Below are positions 1-12,252 of a stretch of 64,000 nt of DNA, piece after piece. The stretch's first letter is position 1, and each line of letters starts with the position of its first letter. The translations under genes were made by a program, and so were the position numbers. Source of the DNA: Chiloscyllium plagiosum (lineage: Eukaryota); contig NC_057715.1 of assembly GCF_004010195.1 (NCBI RefSeq), forward strand, positions 76,594,217-76,658,216. The letters run 5' to 3'. Below the pieces are notes generated by a model. The model had not been told where the DNA came from, did no database searches, and was given only the letters and a program-made list of their open reading frames with translations.

Positions 1-685
1 TTGCAAAGTGGACACACAGAGAGTACAAGAGGATACGAATAGGTTACATGAGTGGGCATAGAGGTGGCAAGTGAAATATAACCTTGGAAGATGTCAATTT
101 ATGCATTTCAACAGTGAGAATAAAAAGCACATTGTCTCACCATTTAGATAATGGAAACGTTCCAAGAAGAAGAGGAATGAGATTGTCCTTGTGTGCAAAT
201 TGCAAAAGGTTACAATGGAGGCACAGCAAGTAATTTAAAAAAAGGCCATCGGAACATTACCATTAATCGGAAGAGAAACTGAATACAAACTGAGGAAGTT
301 ATGCTTCAGTTATACAGGGCACTAGTAAAACTGCACCTGGAGTAGTGTGTACACTTTTGGTGGTCTTATATAAAGTTTTTAAATCAGATGTACAAGCTAA
401 GTATCTGCAATGGGCAGGTCGCCTTGTAAGGCTGGACAGGTTAGGATTGTATTCGCTGGAGTTTAGATGACTAAGAGATAACTATGTTGAAACACAATCG
501 CGAGAGGCTCAAAGGGTAGACATAAGAAGGATATTTCCTTTCACAGTAGGACGTAGAACTAGGAGTCACTGTTTGAATAAAGAAAATCATGGATTGCCAT
601 TTAAGAATTTAGACGAACATTTTCTGAGGCACGCGTCTTTGGAATAGTTCCTTAAAAGGTGGTAGAGTAGAGTGCTTGAATACTT
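1..685 (+). mobile_element. Decayed CR1-type LINE, 3' part of ORF2
   Basis: Typical CR1 3' RT-domain DNA (gttatgcttcagttatacagggcactagta..cacctggagta..; agaactaggagtcac), heavily mutated. Confidence 0.75.
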
Positions 686-701
686 AAGATTCATGAAGCA
701 A

Positions 702-845
702 TATAGAACAATCTCAACTATTGAACAAAATCATAAGGTTCCATAACAATACTATCCATTACCTGAACAATCCGTTATCCGAACTCAGTTATCCAAACAA
801 AATACTCCCCACCAGTTTCATTCAGATAATACAGGTTGTTCTGTA
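702..845. mobile_element. Tc1/mariner (Tigger-like) MITE remnant
   Basis: Imperfect terminal inverted repeats (tagaacaatctc.. / ..caggttgttctg) flanked by TA on both sides. Confidence 0.5.
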
Positions 846-1559
846 CATCATGCATTCATTCAATCAGAACAAAATCAGTCTTGAGACTAAAATTGATAAT
901 TAACTATCCTTGCTGCATCTCCATGCCAATACAGCCCAATTAGTACCAATCTCACGGTGTATAATTTAAGGAGGAGCCCAAGGCTGCTCTGATTCCTGGT
1001 GAGTGCAAGACAAATGCTGCATTTTGCTATTTTCTTTTAGCAATGGTTAAGTTTGAAATTATTTTACATCCGCAATGCTTGATTACCTGCCTGTTTCACA
1101 GGGAACAGTTTCTCTATTCATGGCCCAATCACTTAATACTTTTGCTCTTACCCTTCTCTGCTCCAGCTAACTAAATGGTCTCCCTAATCCCTGGTTTATC
1201 TTGTAAACCTCCTGTGAACTGCTCGAATATTTCATGCTATGGACACACACCAGGGTGAGATATTAAAGGGTTAATTTGCTCTGCTGACCTGCAGGAAATT
1301 GGATGTCCCAAGGCTAGGGTGGTATGCCTCGGTCTTATAGGTAGAACGTAAGGAATTTACATTCCTATTCCTTGCCAGAGCTATTTACATGGCCATTTTT
1401 TAGTTATTCAGAAAAAAAATTACGTTATCAACCCCTATTCAGAAATCAATAAGAACATTGCAATTAAAATTCTGACTACACCCTGCAGTTAAAAAATGAT
1501 TCACAATAGATCTGGCCATTAAGGAAGGATTTACATTACACTGTTTCTGGAAACAGCGT

Positions 1560-1832
1560 GATCACTACATTGTGTCTTGAGTGGCATGTGACTGTGGGGG
1601 AATGGCTGGGGGTCATCTTGTGGGCATTACTGACTGTAATGTGAAACTCCTGTACTGTATAAATGAGGGACTGTTTCTTTTATTCAGAGAGAGATCCCTT
1701 GACATGGCTTCGCGAACATTGCTAGGAGTGTTAAAGGTTCCTCCACAGCTTGCTATGCTTAATAAATGTTGGCTGTTCACAAAAGTTGCAGTTGCATCTA
1801 GTGTGTAAGAATCTTAAGAAAAAGAACTTAAC
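1560..1832 (+). mobile_element. 3' part of an LTR related to those at 8010, 17014 and 21820
   Basis: TATA-like gtataaa, AATAAA, and terminus aaaagaacttaaca matching the family end. Confidence 0.5.
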
Positions 1833-2513
1833 AAGGGTAGTCAAGCTTTATGCTGAATTCCAGCTGGAACCAGTAAGTCTTTTTTTTAAAATGTAAACCA
1901 AGTGAGAGGTCAACAACTTAGTCAAAATTAAGGCACAGGATTCAATTGTTTTGAAAAATAGCAAATAGCAATCCTCAACAGCCTCCAGGTTCCAATGACA
2001 CGAGGAGTCATCAAACCTCACCGAACCATGCACGTGAGCCCAATGGTTTGGTTTGTAGACCAAACTTTTAAAATCTCTCTTAGGTCATAGAATGCCTCAA
2101 TAATTGCTCACGTCTGGCAATCTACCTTTCTTTGCCAAAATAATGCTCCCCAAATTTTTGAAAAGTGAAATCACTGCAGGTTTTCAACTCTCACTTTCTG
2201 GTGCACTAAACTAGTAATGTCACATAGCTTCTGAGCTCCCAAGACTTGTCTAAAGTCCTGACAACATTTAACTGCCTACTAAATCCTGGAGCATCATTGT
2301 GTTCTAACAGAGCAGTGATATCCAATTGTGTAACTCCTCAATGATTCAGTTACATTCAGTTCCCTTTCCGTACTCCAGCTAAACAGTTTTGTTCTGCAAT
2401 AAGCTTACTCCTGTTTCAGTGGGTGTCTTTTTCCAACTTACTATAATCTTTCAACTGCTGAGTGACTTCAACCGTTAATTGAAAACACCTCAAAAACAAC
2501 CCTGTCCGAATGG

Positions 2514-2827
2514 TTTAGATTAGGATTAGATTACTTACAGTGCGGAAACAGGCCCTTTGGCCCAATAAGTCCACACCTAACCTCCGAAGAGCAACCCACC
2601 CAGACCCATTCCCCTACATTTACCCCTTCACCTAACACGACAGGCAATTTAGCATGGTTAATTCACCTAATCTGCACATTTTTTTTTTTAAGATTGTGGG
2701 AGGAAACCGGAGCACCCGGAGGAAACCCATGCAGACATGAGGAGAATGTGCAAACTCCACACAGATAGTTGCCGGAGTCAGGAATTGAACCCGGGTCTCT
2801 GGCACTGAGAGGCAGCAGTGCTAATCA
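2514..2827 (-). mobile_element. HE1-type tRNA-derived SINE
   Basis: Reverse complement of the SINE at 4896 (B-box gggttcaattcc, gagtttgcacattctcc core, (aatcta)n tail). Confidence 0.9.
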
Positions 2828-4401
2828 TGAGCATGATCAAACTAGCAAATGCCTCAGAATTCAGTAAGCCAAATGTCAACATTCAGAGCATGATGACTAC
2901 AACACAAATTGCAAACAACTCATAATAGCTTCCCTATACTGCACTCTTAAAAGTACTGCCCAGAGCTGTACACACTATGGCCCAATTAATCAGTGTTATG
3001 CTAGGAAGACAAGCAGCCAAATCAGATTAGCCTTCCTATTCCTGTATTCACAACACAGTAGAATTACAATAATGACCCTCAAAAATTTACTCCAATGGTT
3101 TTTAACTTGACTTTTTGAATAGCCAGTAACAAATTGTGAATAACTATAGACAAAAGTTTATATCTTAAACAAAAAGATTAACAATTAATACTGTAACTTT
3201 AAAGTACAAGTTTAACAAAATTGTTTTGTTAATGTTTATGATTTAAACCCAGTTTGCTTTTGATTCTACCTGTCACTCAACTGTGTGCGTTTGCCAGTTT
3301 TAGTAAGGGATAAATCAAAAATGAGATGAAACTGGCCAGTTCACACTAGTCTTCACGATCCACAATCTCACAGACACATGGAATTGTATCTTTTTTGGCA
3401 TCTGAAGACACTAATGCATGCAAACAGCTTCCAGTAGACTCCAGGAATATTCACATACTGCTTATAACGGAGTTTATTCTCTGAGCTTATAATAAACTGA
3501 AAATAACCAGGAAGCAATCAATTCTCCACCCTATGGCACTCAAAACCACAAACCTTCTAATGTAAACACAGTTCCAACATTTGATTTCTCTTTGTTAGAC
3601 CGGCTGTCTTGCTATGGGGCTCCACTTAACATTCAATATCTGCTATGAGCATAACGCATCTCTGCAATTAAAACATCTGGAATGTTAAGTGCGCAAAGAA
3701 TCAAAATGCAATTAACTTCCAGGCATGGTATCCAATCAGTTTGCTTTATTTAAAAATAAGCTGGTTCACATGGCCCTAAAAGGTCACTTTCAGCTCACAG
3801 TCCAAACCAAAATTGATTTTAAATAAAAAAAAGTTCTCAACAACAATTTACTATGACTTCCTTGATTTGATATTCAATGTCACCATTTACAAAGCCAGTA
3901 TCCCACAGCCATTTTCAACTTGCCAGTTTGACCTTCAAATATTTGCTATTTAGATCATTGCGTCAAGACACAGTCGCCACTCAATTATTCACACAAAACT
4001 GCCATGATGGCATCTGTCCATCTCAGGAAATAATAAACTGCAACCAAGATGCCTACCCCTTCAAGATTCAATATAGCCTGTCAGGTTGTACAGGCTGTTT
4101 CATCAGCGGTACCTAGTAGTAATGAAGAATTTTGGTGTGGAAATAGACTGAAGCTTTTCCCTTTCCAGTGAGCTCCTTTATCCCCCACCACCTAATCATT
4201 CTTCTGCCCAGTCTGTTCCACATGAGTACAGACTGCTTATCCTCAGTCACACCTTCCTTCACACTTTGGTCTTCTCAAATCAGCCGTACCAAGTTGCACA
4301 TCTTGATGTCAGCCCTGATATTCAGGTAAACATTCTCATTAGAATCTGTGAAATCAAACAATAGCAGCATAGAGAAAAGTGGGACAAAGACAAATGGTTC
4401 C

Positions 4402-4535
4402 CGATTTTGGATTAGTGGTGCTGGAAGAGCACTGCAGTTCAGGCAACTCCTCGGTTGCTGCCTGAACTGCTGTACTCTTCCAGCACCACTAATCCAAAAT
4501 CTGGTTTCCAGCATCTGCAGTCATTGTTTTTACCT
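4402..4535 (+). mobile_element. Fold-back Penelope-pLTR-derived element with the centre deleted
   Basis: Inverted arms 4403-4501, tail ccagcatctgcagtcattgtttttacct, 10-bp TSD aaatggttcc at 4392-4401 and 4536-4545. Confidence 0.8.
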
Positions 4536-4895
4536 AAATGGTTCCTGAATACAGCTCACTGACTTAATAGCACTGCAACCGATGTAACTGGACATGCTCT
4601 AATGGAAAGCAAAACCAATATCCAGGAGCAGTAGTTCGACCTTTTTTAAAAAATATCTCTGCCGACAGGAAAGGAGGCAATGGCAATGTCCATGAAGGCA
4701 AGAGGAGACCTGTCTCATTCAGGACACTTCTCGTGCATCTGCCAATGTGAGAAACTCATCTCAACTGCCATCTATCAGAATGAAACAGCAATGTCTCAGG
4801 ATAGGTGCATGATTTTACAAACTGCAATCTCTTTGTGTATTGCTCTAAAGACATTCCCATGATACTCAACAAGTAGAGCTCCAACCATCTTTTGT

Positions 4896-5207
4896 GGGCG
4901 GCACGGTGGCACAGTGGTTAGCACTGCTGCCTCAGCGCCAAAGACCCGGGTTCAATTCCCGCCTCAGGCGACCCTGTGTGGAGTTTGCACATTCTCCCCG
5001 TGTCTGCGTGGGTTTCCTCCGGGTGCTCCGGTTTCCTCCCACAATCCAAAAAAAGTGTAGGTGGATTGGCCATGCTAGATTGCCCGTAGTGTTAGGTGAA
5101 GGGGTAAATGTAGGAGAATGGGTCTGGGTGGCTTACGCTTCGGCGGGTCGGTGTGGACTTGTTGGGCCGAAGGGCCTGTTTCCACACTGAAAGTAATCTA
5201 ATCTAAT
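4896..5207 (+). mobile_element. HE1-type tRNA-derived SINE, near full length
   Basis: A-box tggcacagtgg, B-box gggttcaattccc, central gagtttgcacattctccccgtgtctgcgtgggtttcctcc, CR1-like 3' end gggccgaagggcctgtttcc, (aatct)n tail. Confidence 0.92.
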
Positions 5208-5499
5208 CTTTCCACATTTATGGAAGTTTCAGAAATGATCACCTCCGCCCAGCTTCATGGTTGCCGCTGTCAAATTTGGGCCCATTACACTATTCATTCC
5301 TTCCTATGTCGTCCCAGCTCCCAAATGGTGTCCATTAGCAGGGATTTTCAACCAGCATTACATAGCACAATGTATAATGACAGTGTGGCATTTAACAGTT
5401 CACTTTTTTCCAAGAAAATACTCCATATACTATTATTTCTATACAGTTGCAAACTCATCCTGGAAGTTTGTTCCCTTTCGATTTGCAAGCCACACTCAA

Positions 5500-6160
5500 A
5501 TTAGTTGGTTTGCTTGATTGGTGGAGTTGTGGATAGTGAGGAGGGCTGTTGTTGGCTGCAAAGTGACTTAGATATGATGCAGAGCTGGGCTGAGGAGTGG
5601 CAGATGGAGTTCAACCCTGCCAAGTGTGAGGTTGTCCATTTTGGAAGGACAAATAAGAATGCGGAATACAGGGTTAACGGTAGGGTTCTTAATTTTAGGA
5701 AAGATGTGGAAGCTTTGGAGAGGGTGCAGAGGAGATTTACCAGGATGTTGCCTGGAATGGAGAATAGGTCGTACGAGGATAGGTTGAGCGTGCTAGGCCT
5801 TTTCTCATTGGAACGGAGAAGGATGAGGGGTGACTTGATAGAGGTGTATAAGATGATCAGGGGAATAGATAGAGTAGACAATCAGAAACTTTTTCCCCGG
5901 GTACAACAGAGTGTTACAAGGGGACATAAATTTAAGGTGAAGGGTGGAAGGTGTAGGGGAGATGTCAGGGGTAGGTTCTTTACCCAGAGAGTGGTGGGGG
6001 CATGGAATGTGCTGCCTGTGGGAGTGGCAGAGTCAGAATCATTGGTGAACTAAGTGGCAATTGGATAGGTACATGGATGGGTGCTTAAGCTAGGACAAAT
6101 GTTTGGCACAACATCGTGGGCCGAAGGGCCTGTTCTGTGCTGTATTGTTCTATGTTCTAA
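5500..6160 (+). mobile_element. 5'-truncated CR1/HER1 LINE with an internal deletion
   Basis: ORF 5505-6053 has WQMEFNPAKCEVVHFG and LERVQRRFTRMLPG..RGHKFK (CR1 ORF2 C-terminus); (tgttcta)n tail. Confidence 0.92.
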
Positions 6161-6569
6161 TGTCTTCTTCATAACTTCATGCGCATTACTATTTCACATC
6201 AACTCACTAAGAGGCAGCAGCAGGACAATCAGCCCCAAAACTTACTCATGCCTAGTCTGATCGCAACCTGAAATCTGCGTTCCCTCCAGACTTCCTGGCC
6301 GACCCGATTCACAGAGTTAAATTAATCTCTAAACCATTACCACCCTGACAATAGACAGTCTGCTGAAATTCAATTCTGAAAGCGGAGGGCATCTAGGGTT
6401 CATTTGCTAGGAACATGTTTGTAGATCACAAGGGCACTTCACAGTGTATTAATGAACTTCATTTTAATCAAATAAACTTCACACCAATTAGCAATCTATT
6501 CTCCCATTTCAAGTGTAATTTATATAGGGTGTTGTGCAGATGACCTGACTTTAATGATACTTCACAGTC

Positions 6570-6665
6570 AAGATTAGAATGGTGCTGGAAAAGCATAGCA
6601 GGTTGGGCAGCATCCAAGGAGCAGGAAAATCGATGTTTCGGGCAAAAGCCCTTCATCAGAAATGA
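6570..6665 (-). mobile_element. Single arm of the Penelope-pLTR-derived element
   Basis: Minus strand reads ctgatgaagggcttttgcccgaaacatcg..gatgctgcc..ttttccagc. Confidence 0.75.
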
Positions 6666-6982
6666 GGAGTTTCAACCAGCATTATATAATACAATACATA
6701 ATGACAGTGTGATACTTCACGGTCGCCTAGTGTGAAAGTGAAAAAATTGTGTTAATGACAGCTCTGTTTTGTTTGGTGTGGTATATAGTTTCGTTAGCTA
6801 ATGTTGATGTTGCTAGATACCAGGGAGTGATCAGTATCACAGTAAGGGGGTGCATCTAGTGAAAAACCAGCTGGTGCCGGTGGTATGGTTTGGGATGCTT
6901 CCAGGGCAATTTCTGATGTTATGTGATTTGGTAGTCACCGCATGCAATAGAATCCATCATAACAGCATAGTTCCAGCAATTT

Positions 6983-7266
6983 AGAATCATAGAATCCCTA
7001 GAGTCGAAGCAGACCTTTGGTCCATCGAGTCCATACCAATTCTCAGGAAGAATATCCCACCCAGGTCTATCCCATTTCTGTAACCCTGCATTTACCATGG
7101 CTAATCCACCTAAACTGCACATCTTTGGGAGGAAAACCAGAACACCCAGTGGAAACACATACAGCCACGCCGAGAATATACAAACTCTACACAGTGACCT
7201 GACAGTTGAATTGAACTAAGGTCTCTGGCACTGTGAGGCAGCAGTGCAAACTACTGTGCCACCATG
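6983..7266 (-). mobile_element. HE1-type SINE, diverged
   Basis: gtgaggcagcagtgc head and (gattctat)n tail on the minus strand. Confidence 0.8.
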
Positions 7267-7346
7267 TCCAATTTCTGTTCTTTTATTATGTATGTTGGCC
7301 AACTGCAAAATCAGCACCAATCCTTACACAGAAGTTCCCAGAAACA

Positions 7347-7990
7347 GTCATAGGGTCAGAGATGTGCAGCATGGAAACAGACCCTTTGATCCAACTCATC
7401 CATGCTGACAAGATATCCTAACCTAATATAGTCCCATTTGCCAGTACTTGGCCCATATCCCTCTAAACTCTTCCTATTCATATACCCATTTAGATGCCTT
7501 TTAAATATTGCAATTGTACCAGCTGCTACCACTCCCTCTGGCAGTTCACTCCATACACACATCACCCACTGCATGAAAAAGTTGCCCCTTAGGTCTCTTT
7601 TAAATCTTTCCTCTCTCACCCTCAACCCATGCCCTCTTGTTCTGAATTCCTCCACACAGGGAAAAAAGATATTTATCTATTTACCCTATCTATGCCCCTC
7701 ATGATTTCATAAACCTCTATAAAAAGGTCACCCGTCAGCCTCAAACATTCCAAGGAAAATAGCCCCAGCTTATACTGCCTCTCCCTATAGCTCAAACCCT
7801 CCAACCCCAGCAACATCCTTGCAAATCTTTTCTGAACTCTTTGAAGTTTCACAAAATCCTTCTTATAGGGAGATGAGAATTGCACACAATATTCCAAAGG
7901 TGGCCTGACCAATGCCCTGTACAGCCACAACATGACATCCAAACTCCTGTACTTAATGCTCTGACCAATAAAGGAAAGTATACCAAACTC
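7347..7990 (-). mobile_element. CR1 LINE 3' fragment
   Basis: ORFs 7673-7942 (LYRALVRPPLEYCVQF) and 7356-7655 (RTRGHGLRV..WSELP). Confidence 0.92.
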
Positions 7991-8009
7991 TTGGTCCCTT
8001 GGTTCTCAG

Positions 8010-8630
8010 TGTAATGTTAACAGATTAATATCCAAAGAGAGATTCCCATTTAAAGGGTTAAACTGCACTGTCTTTGGTGGGGATGGCAATCATGAAAGAA
8101 TGTGGGTGACCATCCATTGTAGTTGGCACTTCTTTTAGACAGTCATTTGCTACTACTCCCCCTTGCTATTGTCAAGTTAAACTATTGTTCAATCTCTTCC
8201 ATTCAGAAATGCTTTCTGGCCAGAGGTATGTCGCACCTGCATTGCCTTGTGGAATGAAAGTCAGGAAATCGTCTGCATAACTATTCCCCAGGATGAAGGC
8301 ATTAGCATTATCCCCAACGGTGATCTCATCCTGCCATTGCACCTGGGGTAAGGTTAGGGTTAGGGGCTGAGTAACTGGGGGTTGTCTTGAGCGGTATGTG
8401 ACTGTGGGGAGTAGCCAGAATATCTCTAAGCATGGCCAACTGTGCTGTATAAAAGGATGTTTTTTCTTTGTTCAGGGCCTCACTTTGACTCAACCTTGCA
8501 TGGCTGCGGGGGGGGGGGGGGGGGGGGGGGGCAGGGGGGCCACCTAGCTTGTACAAGATTTAATAAACTAACTGTTTGTTGCTTTGTGTGAATTGCATCT
8601 CCTGTGCAAAACCTTGTGAAAAGAACCGAT
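8010..8630 (+). mobile_element. Solo LTR
   Basis: Starts TGTAATGTTAA, TATA gtataaaag ~8447, poly-G run, AATAAA ~8562; reverse-complement homolog of 17014-17638. Confidence 0.7.
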
Positions 8631-9574
8631 CGCCAGCACAAAGTGTCTCACAGAATCTATCCTTGATGCCTGGGTGGAGGTGAGTGACAGAACAGACTAA
8701 GTGGATCCATACTTGTCATCAAGCCAAAAGTAAGATCTCAGCCTTTTATAGAAGTTAAATCTCAGATCTTCTTTGGTAAATTCTCCTGTCCAGTGTGTTC
8801 CTAATTTGCCCACCAAGAGATGACTTCTAGTACCTATTGCAGGCCATAGCAAGACACCACCAAACCCCATTGGAAGGCAGCCCTGGCACAGGGACGCGGT
8901 GTCATTGTTTTTAAAGCCAATTGCATCTCTATGTTCTAAGCACATGGTAAAATTTGAATGTAATAAATTAAATCTCCTTTTCTAGCAAGGAAAAGAGCCC
9001 TGTCCTGGCTTAGTTGAACAATACAGAGATCCAGAGCTCCATGTTCCAAATTCAGCATTATTTGTAGTCGCAAAGAAAATGATGAAACCAACACTGTTGA
9101 TTCGTACCAGTCCTGTTGTTGGAGCTGCAAAATAAAAAAGAAATCTCCCCGACAAATGACATTACCAATGCAGGACTCCACTCCAATTTTCTGTCATGGT
9201 CAACTCCTATAGCTGCCTTCACTCTCGAGACAGAAACCTTTACCAATAGGCAAGAGTCTGGATTTCGGGCACCAGGTCATAACCACACACTCATGGGCCA
9301 GCATGCCATACTTAGAGGTCAAAAAGAAAAGTAACAACCCTAACACTCAGCTTCTAGTGAAGATGACAGTGCATCACCTGTTTCATGACTGATTTCTGAA
9401 AAAAAACCTCTTCGACAGCTTCCCCTCCCATGATTAATGGACCTTCATTAGATTCATTCCATACTTACCCCTTTCTTTCTCATGCTCCTCATGTCCTCAT
9501 GCTCCATTCCTAGTCACCTCAACTTACACATCACTTGTCATTTCACTACCTACACAAGGTTTTTCATTTGTACA

Positions 9575-9755
9575 GTCATAGAGATGTACAACATGGAAAC
9601 AGACCCTTCGGTCCAACCCGTCCATACCAACCAGATAGCCCAACCCAATCTAGTCCCACCTGCCAGCACCCAGCCCATATCTCTCCAAATCCTTCCTATT
9701 CATATATCCTTCCAAATGTCTTTTTAATGTTGGAATTGTACCAGCCTCCACCACT
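9575..9755 (-). mobile_element. CR1 LINE 3' end
   Basis: Same 3' terminus as the copies at 7347 and 18309. Confidence 0.85.
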
Positions 9756-10617
9756 TTCATTCATTGGAAACCACAAAAACATTCTCTATTTCATATTCCA
9801 CACTCTTCAATTTGAGTTACCACCCTCCTAGCAGTCTCCCAGAAAAGACGTGCAAGCATACATGTGTTGCTTTTTATTCAACTTGCAATGAGCAAGGTCT
9901 CAGAAATAATGCTGTAGTGACAAGATTTTAGCAACTTTAATTGAGTGATGTATACAATCCAGGTGAACTCTTGTTAGAGGACTTTGCAAGTATGTGCCTG
10001 GTAAGTTTTGGACAGGTTTCAAATGAATTAGTCTCCTACAACTGCAGTTAAAATTAGACCTTTTTATGCACATCTAGCACAGCAATGTTTTGGTTCAAAA
10101 GATGTCAGTTCCAACTTTACAGCACTTGGGGGGGGGGCAGGGCTCCCTATCAGCCTACATTCTGTTCAAGTCCATGGAATAAAGTTCAACCCTAAGCAAT
10201 CTATTGGCCATTGATACTCTCTCCTTATGAGGTTTGGTTCATTCATTGTAATCATACCAGATGCAGCATTTCTGAATCCACACCTTGTCATATGGAACAA
10301 AAGTGGCAGAAAGTCATGTGCAATGTCTCCAAAATTTCATTCGGCAAGACACCAACATGGGGGCATTAAATACAAATTACATATACACATGATAAATTCA
10401 CCCAAAAAACACACACGATCAGTGTGATGCTGGGATCTAAATGGCAATAATTTAACTTGCCGCCTTGTCCAGACTTCACTGCTGTTTGCACCAAACACAC
10501 TGTCTCAACGGTACTGAACAAGATTCAAAAATAAGTATCCTGCAGTCCTCTTTCCTAAACTTCCACTTTCATGACAGTGAGGTTTACGACCATGCTATAA
10601 GGGATGTATAGATTGTG

Positions 10618-10830
10618 GCTGAAAATGTGTTGCTGGAAAAGCGCAGCAGGTCAGGCAGCATCCAAGGTGCAGGAGAATCGACGTTTCGGGCGTTTCAGGA
10701 ATTCTGAAGAAGGGCTCACACCCGAAACGTCGATTCTCCTGCTCCTTGGATGCTGCCTGACCTGCTGCGTTTTTCCAGCAACACATTTTCAGCTCTGATC
10801 TCCAGCATCTGCAGTCCTCACTTTCTCCTC
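10618..10830 (+). mobile_element. Fold-back Penelope-pLTR-derived element with a hammerhead-like core
   Basis: 73-bp inverted arms 10618-10690/10721-10793, 3' tail to 10830, 15-bp TSD gatg(t/a)atagattgtg at 10603-10617 and 10831-10845. Confidence 0.85.
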
Positions 10831-11937
10831 GATGAATAGATTGTGTCCAGATGAGGGTGCTGAATGCAGCTCCATCAATTCAATGCAGTACTGGGTGTCG
10901 GTAGACACAGCAGTTCATTAGCAGGTCATGAGACCTCCAGCATCTATCCCATTGTCTCAACATTTCCTTAAAGCCTTATTTACATCCTTCATTAAGTTGA
11001 GCTGATAATCTCACGAAATTTAGGAAGAGTAGATCCCCAGTAAACTAGTTGCTAACTGCTTTATAGAAATCCAAAATAATAAAATGCAATTTTAAGGCAT
11101 TATGCTAGGCCCAAGTCAGAACTTCGACATCGATGGCACAAACTCGGCGATCAATCATGTCAATCTTACAAAAGATTGTTTATCTCGGTAATACAGGGCC
11201 AAGTGTGGAGACGCACTATAACAACATTTTGAAGATAAATGCAAACTAAACTAATTCGTCTACGTCACCCATCAATAACGTCCTAAAGAATCGGTACATG
11301 GTGAATATACTGAATTAGACATTAGTTATAGTTGCAATGACAATGTCGAGATCTTTGTTCGTTTAAGGCTCTTCAGAGTCAATTCAGGCCCATTGTCAAA
11401 AAACAGTTTCAATAATGTACATAAGTTAATTTCACACTGTTTTGAAAGTAAACTTACAAATTGTCACTAAGTTTGTACAACGGTCTTTCAAGAAATTTGC
11501 AAAACGACACCTACGAGCGCACTGAATTGCTTGCAAGCCACAATTAATTCTTTTGTTTTTCTACACCGTTTGCCAACCACGACATTCTTTTTACGAAGGC
11601 ATAATAAAAGTAGGCAATTCAAACTGTCGACAAGCATGCACTTTGGGCGATATTTAATCTAGAACTGCGTCTCAGTCACAGCCAGTGCAAAAACATCGCT
11701 GCCGACAAGCAGGAAGTTTGTTGAAACATTTCGCCAAGACAAAAAAGGGGAAATACAAGCAATAAAGAAGAAACAAACTCGAGGTCTGCACTGTAAAGAT
11801 GTTTAAATCCCCATATCGGTATCATGTATTGTATGAAGTTAGTAAATTATGATTCAAGGCAGAAATGAGAAACCAAAAAGCTGTTTAGCAAAAAAAAATG
11901 GCGCCTATAAAATCTAACACACATATGCTCAACTTAC

Positions 11938-12252
11938 CAAGCGAATGAAGCCGAATCCGCGGTCCCGGTTGATAAAAACCTCGGATGGCTCTCCATATTT
12001 CTGGAACAATTTCTTGAAATCTTCTTCCGTGATATCAGTAGGTAAATTTCCGACAAAGAGCCTGCATCTCTGAGTATAAGTCTTCTCTCCTGGCCTGCGG
12101 AAATTCTTGATGTCCACTGTCAGGGGCTCACCTTCCTCAGCAGGCACGGTTCCTTCCAGATCCGCCGTATCATAGTCTCTTTTCATCGGAGAATTGCGAC
12201 TGTTCTCCAATTGTACTTGTTTCAAATTTCGATTCATCTGATTTGACTGCAT
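11938..12252 (-). CDS. PSPC1: Paraspeckle component 1 (DBHS family), first coding exon: N-terminus plus first half of RRM1
   Basis: [57 protein letters not shown] matches PSPC1-specific residues; phase-0 donor TTG|GTAAGT at 11937; adjacent to ZMYM2 as in other vertebrates. Later exons lie left of the window. Confidence 0.95.

Noticed and set aside
1833-4140. Further Gypsy pol/LTR remnants (also ~8640-11050 and ~39500-41100)
   Set aside because: Probably LTR-element debris, but too decayed to delimit or classify by eye
4896-4965. tRNA gene
   Set aside because: The A/B boxes belong to the SINE head; no complete cloverleaf
10595-10798. Mirror-image small ORFs (MCCWKSAAGQAASK..; also at 4275, 38170, 41390, 44762)
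   Set aside because: By-products of the palindromic repeat; no sign of a real protein family
11929-11937. ORF-track extension of PSPC1 (..RLVS*)
   Set aside because: Runs through the canonical GTAAGT donor; intronic
11938-12252. Assignment to NONO or SFPQ
   Set aside because: [16 protein letters not shown] and [13 protein letters not shown], together with linkage to ZMYM2, are PSPC1 features
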